Notes: a model not told the origin generated them from the sequence alone. A stretch of DNA of 64,000 bases from Escherichia coli (GCF_045037415.1 NZ_CP173438.1); one strand, 5' to 3'; shown: positions 48,317 through 60,203, counted from the stretch's first letter. A program made the numbers and translations.

Positions 48317-48838
48317 TCAGGCGTAATGCTCTGCCATTTCGTTGAGGATTTGCTCGCACCAGCTTTGAATACGCTCGTCGCTAAGGTCATACTGGTTAGT
48401 TTCATCCAGCGCCAGACCCACGAACAGTTGCCCGTCAGCAATCACCGGTTTCGGACTGGTAAATTCATATCCTTCCGTTGGCCAGTAGCCGACGAACTTC
48501 ACGCCTTTGGTCGAGAGTTTGTCATGCAGCATACCGAGCGCATCGAGGAACCACTCGCCGTATCCCAGTTGATCGCCAAGCCCATACAGCGCAACAATTT
48601 TACCTTCGAGGTTCAGGTCGTCGAGCTGATCCCAGACGGCTTCCCAGTCTTCCTGGATTTCGCCAAAATCCCAGGTCGGGATACCCAGAATGAGCACATC
48701 GTACTGCTCCATTAATTTCGGGGAGTCGTCCTTGAGGTTATGTAAGGTCACCAGTTCTGGGCCGATAATATCGCGGATTTTTTCTGCCGCCATTTCGGTG
48801 TAACAGGTGCTGGAACCGTAAAAAAGACCCATATTCAT
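48317..48838 (-). CDS. fldB: Flavodoxin 2
   Basis: 173 aa, [60 protein letters not shown]. Confidence 0.95.
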
Positions 48839-48949
48839 AACGTAAGCTTCTCGATTCTGCTGTGGCTTTTGCGGCTAGTGTATCAGAATCGCTTTAGTCA
48901 CGGCACAATAAGGCATAATGGATCAAATGAGTGACCATAAGGGGCGCAA

Positions 48950-49846
48950 GTGAAACAGGATCTGGCACGCATCGAGCAGTTTCTTGATGCTCTGTGGCTG
49001 GAAAAAAATCTGGCTGAAAATACGTTGAACGCTTACCGTCGCGATCTGTCAATGATGGTGGAGTGGTTGCATCACCGCGGGTTGACGCTGGCGACGGCGC
49101 AAAGTGACGATTTGCAGGCATTACTGGCAGAACGGCTGGAGGGCGGGTATAAAGCCACCAGCTCAGCGCGTTTGCTGAGTGCAGTGCGCCGATTGTTCCA
49201 GTATCTTTATCGCGAAAAGTTTCGTGAAGATGATCCCAGTGCGCATCTCGCTTCACCGAAATTGCCCCAGCGTTTGCCAAAAGATTTAAGCGAAGCGCAG
49301 GTCGAACGTTTATTACAGGCACCATTAATTGATCAGCCACTGGAGCTACGCGATAAAGCCATGCTTGAAGTGTTGTATGCTACCGGACTGCGTGTCTCTG
49401 AACTGGTCGGGCTGACAATGAGTGATATCAGCCTGCGTCAGGGCGTGGTGCGGGTCATTGGTAAAGGCAACAAAGAGCGCCTGGTGCCGTTAGGTGAAGA
49501 GGCGGTTTACTGGCTGGAAACCTATCTGGAACATGGGCGTCCGTGGCTGTTGAATGGTGTGTCAATTGACGTGTTGTTTCCCAGCCAGCGTGCGCAGCAG
49601 ATGACGCGACAGACCTTCTGGCACCGCATTAAACATTATGCCGTGCTGGCGGGTATCGACAGCGAAAAGCTGTCACCGCATGTGTTGCGTCACGCTTTTG
49701 CCACTCACTTATTAAATCATGGTGCGGATTTACGCGTGGTGCAGATGCTACTGGGCCACAGCGATCTCTCCACCACGCAAATTTATACGCATGTCGCTAC
49801 CGAGCGTCTGCGACAACTTCATCAACAGCATCACCCGCGGGCGTGA
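48950..49846 (+). CDS. xerD: Tyrosine site-specific recombinase XerD (chromosome dimer resolution)
   Basis: 298 aa; GTG start; catalytic RHAFATHLL...HSDLSTTQIYTHV motif with Tyr. Confidence 0.95.
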   Translation: MKQDLARIEQFLDALWLEKNLAENTLNAYRRDLSMMVEWLHHRGLTLATAQSDDLQALLAERLEGGYKATSSARLLSAVRRLFQYLYREKFREDDPSAHLASPKLPQRLPKDLSEAQVERLLQAPLIDQPLELRDKAMLEVLYATGLRVSELVGLTMSDISLRQGVVRVIGKGNKERLVPLGEEAVYWLETYLEHGRPWLLNGVSIDVLFPSQRAQQMTRQTFWHRIKHYAVLAGIDSEKLSPHVLRHAFATHLLNHGADLRVVQMLLGHSDLSTTQIYTHVATERLRQLHQQHHPRA

Positions 49847-49870
49847 TGTCTGAAAAGAACAGGAAAATTT

Positions 49871-50581
49871 ATGAAGAAAGGTTTTATGTTATTTACCTTG
49901 TTGGCAGCGTTTTCAGGCTTTGTTCAGGCTGATGACGCGGCAATTCAACAAACGTTAGCCAAAATGGGCATCAAAAGCAGCGATATTCAGCCCGCGCCCG
50001 TAGCTGGCATGAAGACAGTTCTGACTAACAGCGGTGTGTTGTACATCACCGATGATGGTAAACATATCATTCAGGGGCCAATGTATGACGTTAGTGGCAC
50101 GGCTCCGGTCAATGTCACCAATAAGATGCTGTTAAAGCAGTTGAATGCGCTTGAAAAAGAGATGATCGTTTATAAAGCGCCGCAGGAAAAACACGTCATC
50201 ACCGTGTTTACTGATATTACCTGTGGTTACTGCCACAAACTGCATGAGCAAATGGCAGACTATAACGCGCTGGGGATCACCGTGCGTTATCTTGCTTTCC
50301 CGCGCCAGGGGCTGGACAGCGATGCAGAGAAAGAAATGAAAGCTATCTGGTGTGCGAAAGATAAAAACAAAGCGTTTGATGATGTGATGGCAGGTAAAAG
50401 CGTCGCACCAGCCAGCTGCGACGTAGATATTGCCGACCATTACGCACTTGGCGTCCAGCTTGGCGTTAGCGGTACTCCGGCAGTTGTGCTGAGCAATGGC
50501 ACACTTGTTCCGGGTTACCAGCCGCCGAAAGACATGAAAGAATTCCTCGACGAACACCAAAAAATGACCAGCGGTAAATAA
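49871..50581 (+). CDS. dsbC: Periplasmic disulfide-bond isomerase
   Basis: 236 aa with signal peptide; CGYC thioredoxin motif. Confidence 0.95.
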   Translation: MKKGFMLFTLLAAFSGFVQADDAAIQQTLAKMGIKSSDIQPAPVAGMKTVLTNSGVLYITDDGKHIIQGPMYDVSGTAPVNVTNKMLLKQLNALEKEMIVYKAPQEKHVITVFTDITCGYCHKLHEQMADYNALGITVRYLAFPRQGLDSDAEKEMKAIWCAKDKNKAFDDVMAGKSVAPASCDVDIADHYALGVQLGVSGTPAVVLSNGTLVPGYQPPKDMKEFLDEHQKMTSGK

Positions 50582-50586
50582 TTCGC

Positions 50587-52320
50587 GTGAAACAACAGAT
50601 ACAACTTCGTCGCCGTGAAGTCGATGAAACGGCCGACTTGCCCGCTGAATTGCCTCCCTTGCTGCGCCGTTTATATGCCAGCCGGGGTGTGCGTAGCGCG
50701 CAGGAACTGGAACGCAGTGTTAAAGGCATGCTGCCCTGGCAGCAACTGAGCGGCGTCGAAAAGGCCGTTGAGATCCTTTACAACGCTTTTCGCGAAGGAA
50801 CGCGGATTATTGTGGTCGGTGATTTCGACGCCGACGGTGCCACCAGCACGGCTCTAAGCGTGCTGGCGATGCGCTCGCTTGGTTGCAGCAATATCGACTA
50901 CCTGGTTCCAAACCGTTTCGAAGACGGTTACGGCTTAAGCCCGGAAGTAGTCGATCAGGCTCATGCCCGTGGCGCGCAGTTAATTGTCACGGTGGATAAC
51001 GGTATTTCCTCCCATGCGGGGGTTGAACACGCTCGTTCGTTGGGCATTCCGGTTATTGTTACCGATCACCATTTGCCAGGCGACACATTACCCGCAGCGG
51101 AAGCGATCATTAACCCTAACTTGCGCGACTGTAATTTCCCGTCGAAATCACTGGCGGGCGTTGGCGTGGCGTTTTATCTGATGCTGGCGCTGCGCACCTT
51201 TTTGCGCGATCAGGGCTGGTTTGATGAGCGCGGCATCGCAATTCCTAATCTGGCAGAACTGCTGGATCTGGTAGCGTTGGGGACAGTGGCGGACGTCGTG
51301 CCGCTGGACGCTAATAATCGCATTCTGACCTGGCAGGGGATGAGTCGCATCCGTGCCGGAAAGTGCCGTCCGGGGATTAAAGCGTTGCTGGAAGTGGCCA
51401 ATCGCGATCCACAAAAACTCGCCGCCAGCGATTTAGGTTTTGCGCTGGGGCCACGTCTCAATGCTGCCGGGCGACTGGACGATATGTCCGTTGGCGTGGC
51501 GCTGTTGCTGTGCGACAACATCGGCGAAGCGCGCGTGCTGGCAAATGAACTCGATGCGCTAAACCAGACGCGAAAAGAGATCGAACAGGGAATGCAAGTT
51601 GAAGCCCTGACCTTGTGCGAGAAACTGGAGCGCAGCCGCGACACGCTACCCGGCGGGCTGGCAATGTATCACCCCGAATGGCATCAGGGCGTTGTCGGTA
51701 TTCTGGCTTCGCGCATCAAAGAGCGTTTTCATCGTCCGGTTATCGCCTTTGCGCCAGCTGGTGATGGTACGCTGAAAGGTTCCGGTCGCTCCATTCAGGG
51801 GCTGCATATGCGTGATGCGCTGGAGCGGCTAGACACGCTTTACCCCGGCATGATGCTCAAGTTTGGCGGTCATGCGATGGCGGCGGGTTTGTCGCTGGAA
51901 GAGGAGAAATTCGAACTCTTTCAACAACGGTTTGGCGAACTGGTTACTGAGTGGCTGGACCCTTCGCTATTGCAAGGCGAAGTGGTGTCGGACGGTCCGT
52001 TAAGTCCGGCCGAAATGACCATGGAAGTGGCGCAGCTGTTGCGCGATGCTGGCCCGTGGGGGCAGATGTTCCCGGAGCCGCTGTTTGATGGTCATTTCCG
52101 TCTGCTGCAACAGCGGCTGGTGGGCGAACGTCATTTGAAAGTCATGGTCGAACCGGTCGGCGGCGGTCCACTGCTGGACGGGATTGCTTTTAATGTCGAT
52201 ACCGCCCTCTGGCCGGATAACGGCGTGCGCGAAGTGCAACTGGCTTACAAGCTCGATATCAACGAGTTTCGCGGCAACCGCAGCCTGCAAATTATCATCG
52301 ACAATATCTGGCCAATTTAG
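50587..52320 (+). CDS. recJ: Single-strand-specific 5'-3' DNA exonuclease RecJ
   Basis: 577 aa; GTG start; DHH motifs (VTDHHLP). Confidence 0.95.
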   Translation: MKQQIQLRRREVDETADLPAELPPLLRRLYASRGVRSAQELERSVKGMLPWQQLSGVEKAVEILYNAFREGTRIIVVGDFDADGATSTALSVLAMRSLGCSNIDYLVPNRFEDGYGLSPEVVDQAHARGAQLIVTVDNGISSHAGVEHARSLGIPVIVTDHHLPGDTLPAAEAIINPNLRDCNFPSKSLAGVGVAFYLMLALRTFLRDQGWFDERGIAIPNLAELLDLVALGTVADVVPLDANNRILTWQGMSRIRAGKCRPGIKALLEVANRDPQKLAASDLGFALGPRLNAAGRLDDMSVGVALLLCDNIGEARVLANELDALNQTRKEIEQGMQVEALTLCEKLERSRDTLPGGLAMYHPEWHQGVVGILASRIKERFHRPVIAFAPAGDGTLKGSGRSIQGLHMRDALERLDTLYPGMMLKFGGHAMAAGLSLEEEKFELFQQRFGELVTEWLDPSLLQGEVVSDGPLSPAEMTMEVAQLLRDAGPWGQMFPEPLFDGHFRLLQQRLVGERHLKVMVEPVGGGPLLDGIAFNVDTALWPDNGVREVQLAYKLDINEFRGNRSLQIIIDNIWPI

Positions 52321-52410
52321 CGTCATCTTCTCTATAAAAAAGAGCGTGGATTGGGTACAATCCCGCTCTTATCACCGCATTTTGACTAGCTCAATAAAAG
52401 AAATCAGACC

Positions 52411-53509
52411 ATGTTTGAAATTAATCCGGTAAATAATCGCATTCAGGACCTCACGGAACGCTCCGACGTTCTTAGGGGGTATCTTTGACTACGACGCCAA
52501 GAAAGAGCGTCTGGAAGAAGTAAACGCCGAGCTGGAACAGCCGGATGTCTGGAACGAACCCGAACGCGCACAGGCGCTGGGTAAAGAGCGTTCCTCCCTC
52601 GAAGCCGTTGTCGACACCCTCGACCAAATGAAACAGGGGCTGGAAGATGTTTCTGGTCTGCTGGAACTGGCTGTAGAAGCTGACGACGAAGAAACCTTTA
52701 ACGAAGCCGTTGCTGAACTCGACGCCCTGGAAGAAAAACTGGCGCAGCTTGAGTTCCGCCGTATGTTCTCTGGCGAATATGACAGCGCCGACTGCTACCT
52801 CGATATTCAGGCGGGGTCTGGCGGTACGGAAGCACAGGACTGGGCGAGCATGCTTGAGCGTATGTATCTGCGCTGGGCTGAATCGCGTGGTTTCAAAACT
52901 GAAATCATCGAAGAGTCGGAAGGTGAAGTGGCGGGTATTAAATCCGTGACGATCAAAATCTCCGGCGATTACGCTTATGGCTGGCTGCGTACAGAAACCG
53001 GCGTTCACCGCCTGGTGCGTAAGAGCCCGTTTGACTCCGGCGGTCGTCGCCACACGTCGTTCAGCTCCGCGTTTGTTTACCCGGAAGTTGATGATGATAT
53101 CGATATCGAAATCAATCCAGCGGATCTGCGCATCGACGTTTATCGCGCATCCGGCGCGGGCGGTCAGCACGTTAACCGTACCGAATCTGCGGTGCGTATT
53201 ACTCACATCCCAACCGGGATCGTGACCCAATGCCAGAACGACCGTTCCCAGCACAAGAACAAAGACCAGGCCATGAAGCAGATGAAAGCGAAGCTTTATG
53301 AACTGGAGATGCAGAAGAAAAATGCCGAGAAACAGGCGATGGAAGATAACAAATCCGACATCGGCTGGGGCAGCCAGATTCGTTCTTATGTCCTTGATGA
53401 CTCCCGCATTAAAGATCTGCGTACCGGGGTAGAAACTCGCAACACGCAGGCCGTGCTGGACGGCAGCCTGGATCAATTTATCGAAGCAAGTTTGAAAGCA
53501 GGGTTATGA
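52411..53509 (+). CDS. prfB: Peptide chain release factor 2, made by a programmed +1 frameshift after codon 25
   Basis: Frame 0 reads [25 protein letters not shown] then TGA (52486..52488). The slippery site ctt tga c is preceded by the SD-like agggggt, and the +1 frame continues [11 protein letters not shown]... through the GGQ motif to 53509. Confidence 0.92.
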
Positions 53510-53518
53510 GGAACCAAC

Positions 53519-55036
53519 ATGTCTGAACAACACGCACAGGGCGCTGACGCGGTAGTCGATCTTAACAATGAACTGAAAACGCGTCGTGAGAAGCTGGCGA
53601 ACCTGCGTGAGCAGGGGATTGCCTTCCCGAACGATTTCCGTCGCGATCATACCTCTGACCAATTGCACGCAGAATTCGACGGTAAAGAGAACGAAGAACT
53701 GGAAGCGCTGAACATCGAAGTCGCCGTTGCTGGCCGCATGATGACCCGTCGTATTATGGGTAAAGCGTCTTTCGTTACCCTGCAGGACGTTGGCGGTCGC
53801 ATTCAGTTGTACGTTGCCCGTGACGATCTGCCGGAAGGCGTTTACAACGAGCAGTTCAAAAAATGGGACCTCGGCGATATCCTCGGCGCGAAAGGTAAAC
53901 TGTTCAAAACCAAAACCGGCGAACTGTCTATCCACTGTACCGAGCTGCGTCTGCTGACCAAAGCACTGCGTCCGCTGCCGGATAAATTCCACGGCTTGCA
54001 GGATCAGGAAGCGCGCTATCGTCAGCGTTATTTGGATCTCATCTCTAACGATGAATCCCGCAACACCTTTAAAGTGCGCTCGCAGATCCTCTCTGGTATT
54101 CGCCAGTTCATGGTGAACCGCGGCTTTATGGAAGTTGAAACGCCGATGATGCAGGTGATCCCTGGCGGTGCCGCTGCGCGTCCGTTTATCACTCACCATA
54201 ACGCGCTGGATCTCGACATGTACCTGCGTATCGCGCCGGAACTGTACCTCAAGCGTCTGGTGGTCGGTGGCTTCGAGCGTGTATTCGAAATCAACCGTAA
54301 CTTCCGTAACGAAGGTATTTCCGTACGTCATAACCCAGAGTTCACCATGATGGAACTCTATATGGCTTACGCAGATTACAAAGATCTGATCGAGCTGACC
54401 GAATCGCTGTTCCGTACTCTGGCACAGGATATTCTCGGTAAGACGGAAGTGACCTACGGCGACGTAACGCTGGACTTCGGTAAACCGTTCGAAAAACTGA
54501 CCATGCGTGAAGCGATCAAGAAATATCGCCCGGAAACCGACATGGCGGATCTGGACAACTTCGACTCTGCGAAAGCGATTGCTGAATCTATCGGCATCCA
54601 CGTTGAAAAGAGCTGGGGTCTGGGCCGTATCGTTACCGAGATCTTCGAAGAAGTGGCAGAAGCTCATCTGATCCAGCCGACCTTCATTACTGAATATCCG
54701 GCAGAAGTTTCTCCTCTGGCGCGTCGTAACGACGTTAACCCGGAAATCACAGACCGCTTTGAGTTCTTCATTGGTGGGCGTGAAATCGGTAACGGCTTTA
54801 GCGAACTGAATGACGCGGAAGATCAGGCGCAGCGCTTCCTGGATCAGGTTGCCGCGAAAGATGCAGGTGACGACGAAGCGATGTTCTACGACGAAGATTA
54901 TGTCACCGCACTGGAACATGGCTTACCGCCGACAGCCGGTCTGGGAATTGGTATCGACCGTATGGTGATGCTGTTCACCAACAGCCATACCATCCGCGAC
55001 GTTATTCTGTTCCCGGCGATGCGTCCGGTAAAATAA
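53519..55036 (+). CDS. lysS: Lysyl-tRNA synthetase (constitutive)
   Basis: 505 aa, [50 protein letters not shown]. Confidence 0.96.
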
Positions 55037-55056
55037 GCATTACGTTATGCTCACAA

Positions 55057-55082
55057 CCCCGGCAACCGTCGGGGTTTTTTAT
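55057..55082 (+). terminator. Rho-independent terminator after lysS, overlapping the idi stop codon
   Basis: ccccggcaaccgtcgggg hairpin followed by ttttttt. Confidence 0.65.
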
Positions 55083-55627
55083 TTAAGTTGGGTAAATGCA
55101 GATAATCGTTTTCTGGCTTCGCGATTTGTCGCCTGCATCACCATCCACGGACTGAACGCCCACGGCGTAGCATCAATACCGCGTAAAACCGCTGCTAAAT
55201 CACACCATTGATAATCCATCACTTCATCATCGTTGATCTGTAACGCACTGGTCGTGCGTGCGGCAAATACCGGACACACTTCATTTTCCACAATGCCATT
55301 CGGATCGGTGGCGCGGTAGCGAAAGTCAGGATAGATAGATTCAGGAGGCGTAATTTCTACGCCAAGCTCATAACGGCAACGGCGGATCACCGCCTCTTCG
55401 TTGCTTTCTCCCAGTTGTGGGTGCCCACAAACCGAGTTAGTCCACACGCCAGGCCATGCTTTTTTGCTAAGGGCGCGGCGGGTAACTAATAATTGCCCTT
55501 TGGCATTAAACAGCCAACTGGAAAACGCGAGATGTAAGAGGGTGTCTGCCGTGTGTGCGGCATACTTTTCCAGCGTACCCGTGGGAACTCCCTGTGCATT
55601 CAATAAAATGACGTGTTCCGTTTGCAT
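55079..55627 (-). CDS. idi: Isopentenyl-diphosphate delta-isomerase (type 1, Nudix)
   Basis: 182 aa, [41 protein letters not shown]. Confidence 0.94.
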   Translation of the reverse strand: MQTEHVILLNAQGVPTGTLEKYAAHTADTLLHLAFSSWLFNAKGQLLVTRRALSKKAWPGVWTNSVCGHPQLGESNEEAVIRRCRYELGVEITPPESIYPDFRYRATDPNGIVENEVCPVFAARTTSALQINDDEVMDYQWCDLAAVLRGIDATPWAFSPWMVMQATNREARKRLSAFTQLK

Positions 55628-55749
55628 AATTTCTCACATGTAATTCTGATCACTCATCATTATAGATAATAGAAGAGTGAAATGATTAACCAAGTGAGCG
55701 TTTATCGACAACCGCCCGTTTTGAGCGGATGTCGACAGGTAAAAACCAT

Positions 55750-55875
55750 TTAAAAAAGCAGCATCATATATTTGAAGCGACTTTCAATGGCCATTGCAAC
55801 ACAATCAGAAATGACAGGAATAGAGAGAGTAAAAAGCAACAGCAGACTGAATATAGCGCGCATTAAAAGATTCAT
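55750..55875 (-). CDS. Small hydrophobic protein (41 aa), single predicted TM helix
   Basis: ATG 2 nt after the uacT stop, with GGAG 7 nt upstream; translation MNLLMRAIFSLLLLFTLSIPVISDCVAMAIESRFKYMMLLF. Not in the ORF track because it is under 60 aa. Confidence 0.4.
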   Translation of the reverse strand: MNLLMRAIFSLLLLFTLSIPVISDCVAMAIESRFKYMMLLF

Positions 55876-55876
55876 A

Positions 55877-57325
55877 TTATTCTCCATGCTCATTTTTCTT
55901 CAGCTTGCGCATCAGAAGCCACATACGTACTGTCCTGACTTTTAAATCTTTATCAGAGACGGATTCCTTCACCAGGTCAGCATGATGCTGGTAGCCATTA
56001 AAGAAGACGTTCAGCACAACGGCGCTAAGGGTTGCGAGCATAATGCCGCTATGCAGCAACGGTTGCAGTACGGCCGGTAACTTAGAAAAGAAATCGTGAG
56101 AGAGCGTTGGCGTCATGCCAACACCGAGACTGATCGCCACAATATAGAGGTTGTAACGGTTAGTGGTGTAGTTACAGCGCGACAGAATTCGAATCCCTGT
56201 CGCCAGTACCATGCCGAACATCACCAGCCCCGCGCCGCCCAGCACAAATTGCGGAATGGAGGCGACCAGCACCGCCATTTTGGGCACCATGCCAAACAGG
56301 ATTAATATAATTCCCGAAGAAATACACACCCAGCGGCTGTGGACGCGCGTCACGCTGACCAGCCCGACGTTCTGCGAAAATGACGTATGTGGGAAGCTGT
56401 TAAACGTGCCTCCAATCATTGTCCCGACCCCATCTACGCGTAACCCACGAATAATGTCCTGGGAAGAGAGTTTGCGACCGACTATTTCACCCAGTGCCAG
56501 GAACATCCCCATTGACTCAATAAATACGATGATGAGTACTGCGGTCATGGTCAAAATGGAAACGGGATCGAAAATCGGCATACCAAATGACATCGGCGTG
56601 ACAATCGCAAACCATGAAGCATCATGTAGCCCGGATAAATTGACTTCATTCATCATCCACGAAAGTAAAAAGCCAAATACAATCCCCAGTAATACGGCGA
56701 CGTTGGACATAAATCCTTTCGCATAGCGAGTAATGAGCAAGATAAAAATTAAGACGGCAAAGGAGATACCTAAATAAACGGGATTACCATATTGCGGATT
56801 CCCTTTACCTCCGGCGGCCCAGTCAATACCCACCTGAATGATGCTAAGCCCGATAGAAGTAATCACCACACCGGTAACCAGTGGCGGGAATAAAGGCATC
56901 AAGCGACCGATAAGTGGCGCTAATAATGTGGTGATAAAACCCGCGGCGATAGTGGCACCGAATATCCCCAGCAGGCCGATATCCGGGTTCATACCAATGG
57001 CTATCATTGGTGTTACAGCGGCGAAGGTCACCGACATAATCACCGGCAGGCGGATCCCCATAAAGCGGCCGATACCGATACATTGCAATAATGTGACGAT
57101 CCCGCAGCAAAAGAGATCCGAGCTAATGAGCATCGCAATAGCTTCTTTTGATAGGCCGAGTCGGTCACCAATCATAAGAGGAACAGCGACTGCACCTGCG
57201 TACATGACAAGGACGTGTTGCAGACCGAGTATGATCAGCTTTCCTGGTGATAATATGCGGTCAACCTCATCAGTTGGGCGGTCTTGCCCAGAAGATGAGG
57301 GAAGTTGGGAATCTATGGCGCTCAT
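55877..57325 (-). CDS. uacT: Uric acid/xanthine-family permease (NCS2/NAT)
   Basis: 482 aa from MSAIDSQLPSSSGQDRPTDEV; NAT-family membrane protein. The track ORF starts 43 codons upstream. Confidence 0.9.
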   Translation of the reverse strand: MSAIDSQLPSSSGQDRPTDEVDRILSPGKLIILGLQHVLVMYAGAVAVPLMIGDRLGLSKEAIAMLISSDLFCCGIVTLLQCIGIGRFMGIRLPVIMSVTFAAVTPMIAIGMNPDIGLLGIFGATIAAGFITTLLAPLIGRLMPLFPPLVTGVVITSIGLSIIQVGIDWAAGGKGNPQYGNPVYLGISFAVLIFILLITRYAKGFMSNVAVLLGIVFGFLLSWMMNEVNLSGLHDASWFAIVTPMSFGMPIFDPVSILTMTAVLIIVFIESMGMFLALGEIVGRKLSSQDIIRGLRVDGVGTMIGGTFNSFPHTSFSQNVGLVSVTRVHSRWVCISSGIILILFGMVPKMAVLVASIPQFVLGGAGLVMFGMVLATGIRILSRCNYTTNRYNLYIVAISLGVGMTPTLSHDFFSKLPAVLQPLLHSGIMLATLSAVVLNVFFNGYQHHADLVKESVSDKDLKVRTVRMWLLMRKLKKNEHGE

Positions 57326-57760
57326 CAGTGTTTCTCCTTTCGCCCGCCAGAGTAAAAAGCAACCGTTTATGTTCATGAAACTGTCTAAACACATGCTCGT
57401 GGAGTGCCAGTTTTTGCGAGGAAGGGGAGTTAGAGACAGGAATTGCGGAGGCAATCACATAATCGTGGTTAAACCACGAAAATGAGAAGAGAACCTGACA
57501 ATGGAATTATCTGTAATTTTCTCATATTGATATTTCATTAATCATTCTGGCATGTCGCACTCTCGCATTTAATCGTTTTTATCTGGATAGCATTCTTTTG
57601 ATCGGCAATGTTGAAATAATGAAAGCGGCATAGATTGAGGGGCAATAATTTGAACTCAGTTGCAAAATTATAATTAAAACGGTCATGCTACCTAATATAT
57701 GCCCGTTTATTGCATCGCGAAATTTGAGAAGACATAACTCATTAAATGAAAGGGATGCAA

Positions 57761-59680
57761 ATGAATAAGTTTATCGCTGCTGAAGCTGCGGAATGTATAG
57801 GCTGCCATGCTTGTGAAATTGCCTGTGCGGTGGCACATAATCAAGAAAACTGGCCGCTGAGTCACAGTGACTTTCGACCGCGTATCCACGTTGTAGGGAA
57901 AGGCCAGGCTGCGAATCCGGTGGCCTGCCATCACTGCAACAATGCCCCTTGCGTTACGGCTTGTCCGGTTAATGCTCTGACTTTCCAGTCCGATAGCGTA
58001 CAACTGGACGAGCAAAAATGTATTGGTTGTAAAAGATGCGCAATCGCTTGCCCCTTTGGCGTCGTTGAGATGGTCGATACGATTGCACAGAAATGCGACC
58101 TTTGTAACCAGCGCAGTTCCGGCACGCAAGCCTGTATTGACGTCTGCCCAACACAGGCGTTACGGCTGATGGACGATAAAGGGTTGCAGCAGATAAAGGT
58201 GGCCCGCCAGCGCAAAACGGCAGCAGGAAAAGCGTCATCAGACGCTCAGCCATCTCGCAGTGCAGCGTTGCTCCCCGTTAACTCGCGTAAAGGCGCAGAT
58301 AAAATTTCAGCGAGTGAACGGAAAACCCACTTTGGCGAAATCTATTGCGGGCTGGATCCACAACAAGCGACTTATGAGAGTGACCGCTGTGTTTATTGTG
58401 CCGAAAAAGCTAACTGCAACTGGCATTGTCCGCTGCATAACGCTATTCCGGATTACATCCGTCTGGTACAGGAAGGAAAGATTATTGAAGCGGCAGAACT
58501 TTGCCACCAGACCAGTTCCTTACCCGAAATCTGCGGCAGGGTATGTCCACAGGACCGTCTTTGTGAAGGTGCATGTACTTTGAAAGATCACTCTGGCGCA
58601 GTCTCTATCGGTAATCTGGAACGCTACATCACCGATACTGCGCTGGCGATGGGCTGGCGTCCCGATGTCAGCAAAGTTGTTCCCCGTAGCGAAAAAGTGG
58701 CGGTGATTGGCGCTGGACCTGCAGGATTAGGGTGTGCTGATATTCTGGCGCGCGCGGGAGTTCAGGTTGATGTCTTTGATCGCCATCCAGAAATTGGCGG
58801 TATGCTGACTTTTGGCATTCCTCCTTTCAAACTCGATAAAACGGTATTAAGCCAGCGGCGAGAGATATTCACCGCAATGGGAATCGATTTCCATCTCAAC
58901 TGTGAAATTGGCCGCGATATCTCTTTCAACGAATTAACGGCGGAATATGATGCTGTTTTCCTCGGCGTGGGGACTTACGGGATGATGCGAGCAGATCTGC
59001 CGCATGAAGATGCGCCTGGTGTCATTCAGGCGTTACCGTTCCTGACCGCCCATACCCGCCAGCTCATGGGATTGCCGGAGTCTGCAGAGTATCCGCTGAC
59101 GGATGTGGAAGGTAAGCGAGTTGTGGTATTGGGCGGTGGCGATACGACAATGGATTGTTTGCGGACTTCCATCCGCCTTAATGCTGCCAGCGTGACCTGT
59201 GCGTATCGTCGTGATGAAGTCAGTATGCCGGGTTCGCGCAAAGAGGTGGTCAATGCCCGCGAGGAAGGTGTTGAGTTTCAGTTCAATGTTCAGCCGCAAT
59301 ATATCGCTTGTGATGAAGATGGACGCTTAACGGCGGTGGGCCTGATTCGTACCGCTATGGGTGAGCCGGGGCCGGATGGCCGCCGTCGTCCTCGTCCGGT
59401 TGCGGGTTCAGAGTTTGAATTGCCCGCCGATGTTCTCATTATGGCCTTTGGTTTCCAGGCACATACCATGCCGTGGTTGCAGGGCAGCGGAATTAAACTC
59501 GATAAATGGGGCCTGATTCAAACCGGCGACGTCGGGTATTTACCCACCCAGACGCATCTGAAAAAAGTCTTTGCTGGTGGTGATGCAGTTCATGGCGCAG
59601 ATCTGGTTGTCACTGCAATGGCCGCAGGAAGGCAGGCGGCGCGCGATATGTTAACTCTGTTTGATACGAAGGCATCGTGA
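57761..59680 (+). CDS. ygfT: Fused 4Fe-4S ferredoxin / FAD-NAD(P)-dependent oxidoreductase
   Basis: 639 aa from [26 protein letters not shown]; several CxxCxxCxxxCP clusters and the dinucleotide-binding [11 protein letters not shown] motif. Confidence 0.92.
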   Translation: MNKFIAAEAAECIGCHACEIACAVAHNQENWPLSHSDFRPRIHVVGKGQAANPVACHHCNNAPCVTACPVNALTFQSDSVQLDEQKCIGCKRCAIACPFGVVEMVDTIAQKCDLCNQRSSGTQACIDVCPTQALRLMDDKGLQQIKVARQRKTAAGKASSDAQPSRSAALLPVNSRKGADKISASERKTHFGEIYCGLDPQQATYESDRCVYCAEKANCNWHCPLHNAIPDYIRLVQEGKIIEAAELCHQTSSLPEICGRVCPQDRLCEGACTLKDHSGAVSIGNLERYITDTALAMGWRPDVSKVVPRSEKVAVIGAGPAGLGCADILARAGVQVDVFDRHPEIGGMLTFGIPPFKLDKTVLSQRREIFTAMGIDFHLNCEIGRDISFNELTAEYDAVFLGVGTYGMMRADLPHEDAPGVIQALPFLTAHTRQLMGLPESAEYPLTDVEGKRVVVLGGGDTTMDCLRTSIRLNAASVTCAYRRDEVSMPGSRKEVVNAREEGVEFQFNVQPQYIACDEDGRLTAVGLIRTAMGEPGPDGRRRPRPVAGSEFELPADVLIMAFGFQAHTMPWLQGSGIKLDKWGLIQTGDVGYLPTQTHLKKVFAGGDAVHGADLVVTAMAAGRQAARDMLTLFDTKAS

Positions 59681-60168
59681 TGAAATCGTTAATTATCGTT
59701 AATCCGGCTGACTGTATTGGCTGCCGTACTTGTGAAGTGGCCTGTGTGGTCGCTCACCCTTCAGAACAGGAGTTGAATGCCGATATCTTTTTACCCCGGC
59801 TGAAGGTACAACGGCTGGATAGCATCAGTGCGCCGGTGATGTGCCATCAGTGTGAAAACGCCCCTTGTGTTGGCGCTTGTCCCGTGGGGGCGCTGACGAT
59901 GGGCGAGCAGGTGGTGCAGGCAAATTCTGCCCGTTGTATTGGCTGTCAGAGTTGCGTCAGTGCGTGCCCGTTTGGAATGATCACCATTCAGTCATTGCCG
60001 GGGGATACCCGGCAACAAATCGTGAAATGCGATCTCTGTGAACAGCGGGAAGAGGGGCCAGCCTGCGTTGAATCTTGCCCGACACAGGCGCTGCAGTTGC
60101 TGACTGAAAGAGAACTCAGGCGAGTCCGCCAGCAGCGTATTGTTGCCAGCAGTGAGAATCCTCTGTGA
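59680..60168 (+). CDS. ygfS: 4Fe-4S ferredoxin-type protein
   Basis: 162 aa with multiple Cys clusters ([23 protein letters not shown]); start overlaps the ygfT stop. Confidence 0.9.
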   Translation: MKSLIIVNPADCIGCRTCEVACVVAHPSEQELNADIFLPRLKVQRLDSISAPVMCHQCENAPCVGACPVGALTMGEQVVQANSARCIGCQSCVSACPFGMITIQSLPGDTRQQIVKCDLCEQREEGPACVESCPTQALQLLTERELRRVRQQRIVASSENPL

Positions 60169-60174
60169 AAGAAA

Positions 60175-60198
60175 TCTCCGCGCTGAAAGGCGCGGAGA
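60175..60198. terminator. Hairpin between the convergent genes ygfS and ghxQ
   Basis: tctccgcgctgaaaggcgcggaga, a perfect stem-loop. Confidence 0.5.
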
Positions 60199-60203
60199 AT
60201 CTA

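Noticed and set aside
48950-49846. Tyrosine recombinase as a possible marker of an integrated mobile element
   Set aside because: It is the chromosomal XerD dimer-resolution recombinase in its conserved xerD-dsbC-recJ context; there are no att-like repeats or phage or transposon genes nearby.
57480-57560. Sigma-54 promoter (TGGCAT...TCGCA) upstream of ygfT
   Set aside because: The spacing between the GG and GC elements does not fit the -24/-12 consensus.
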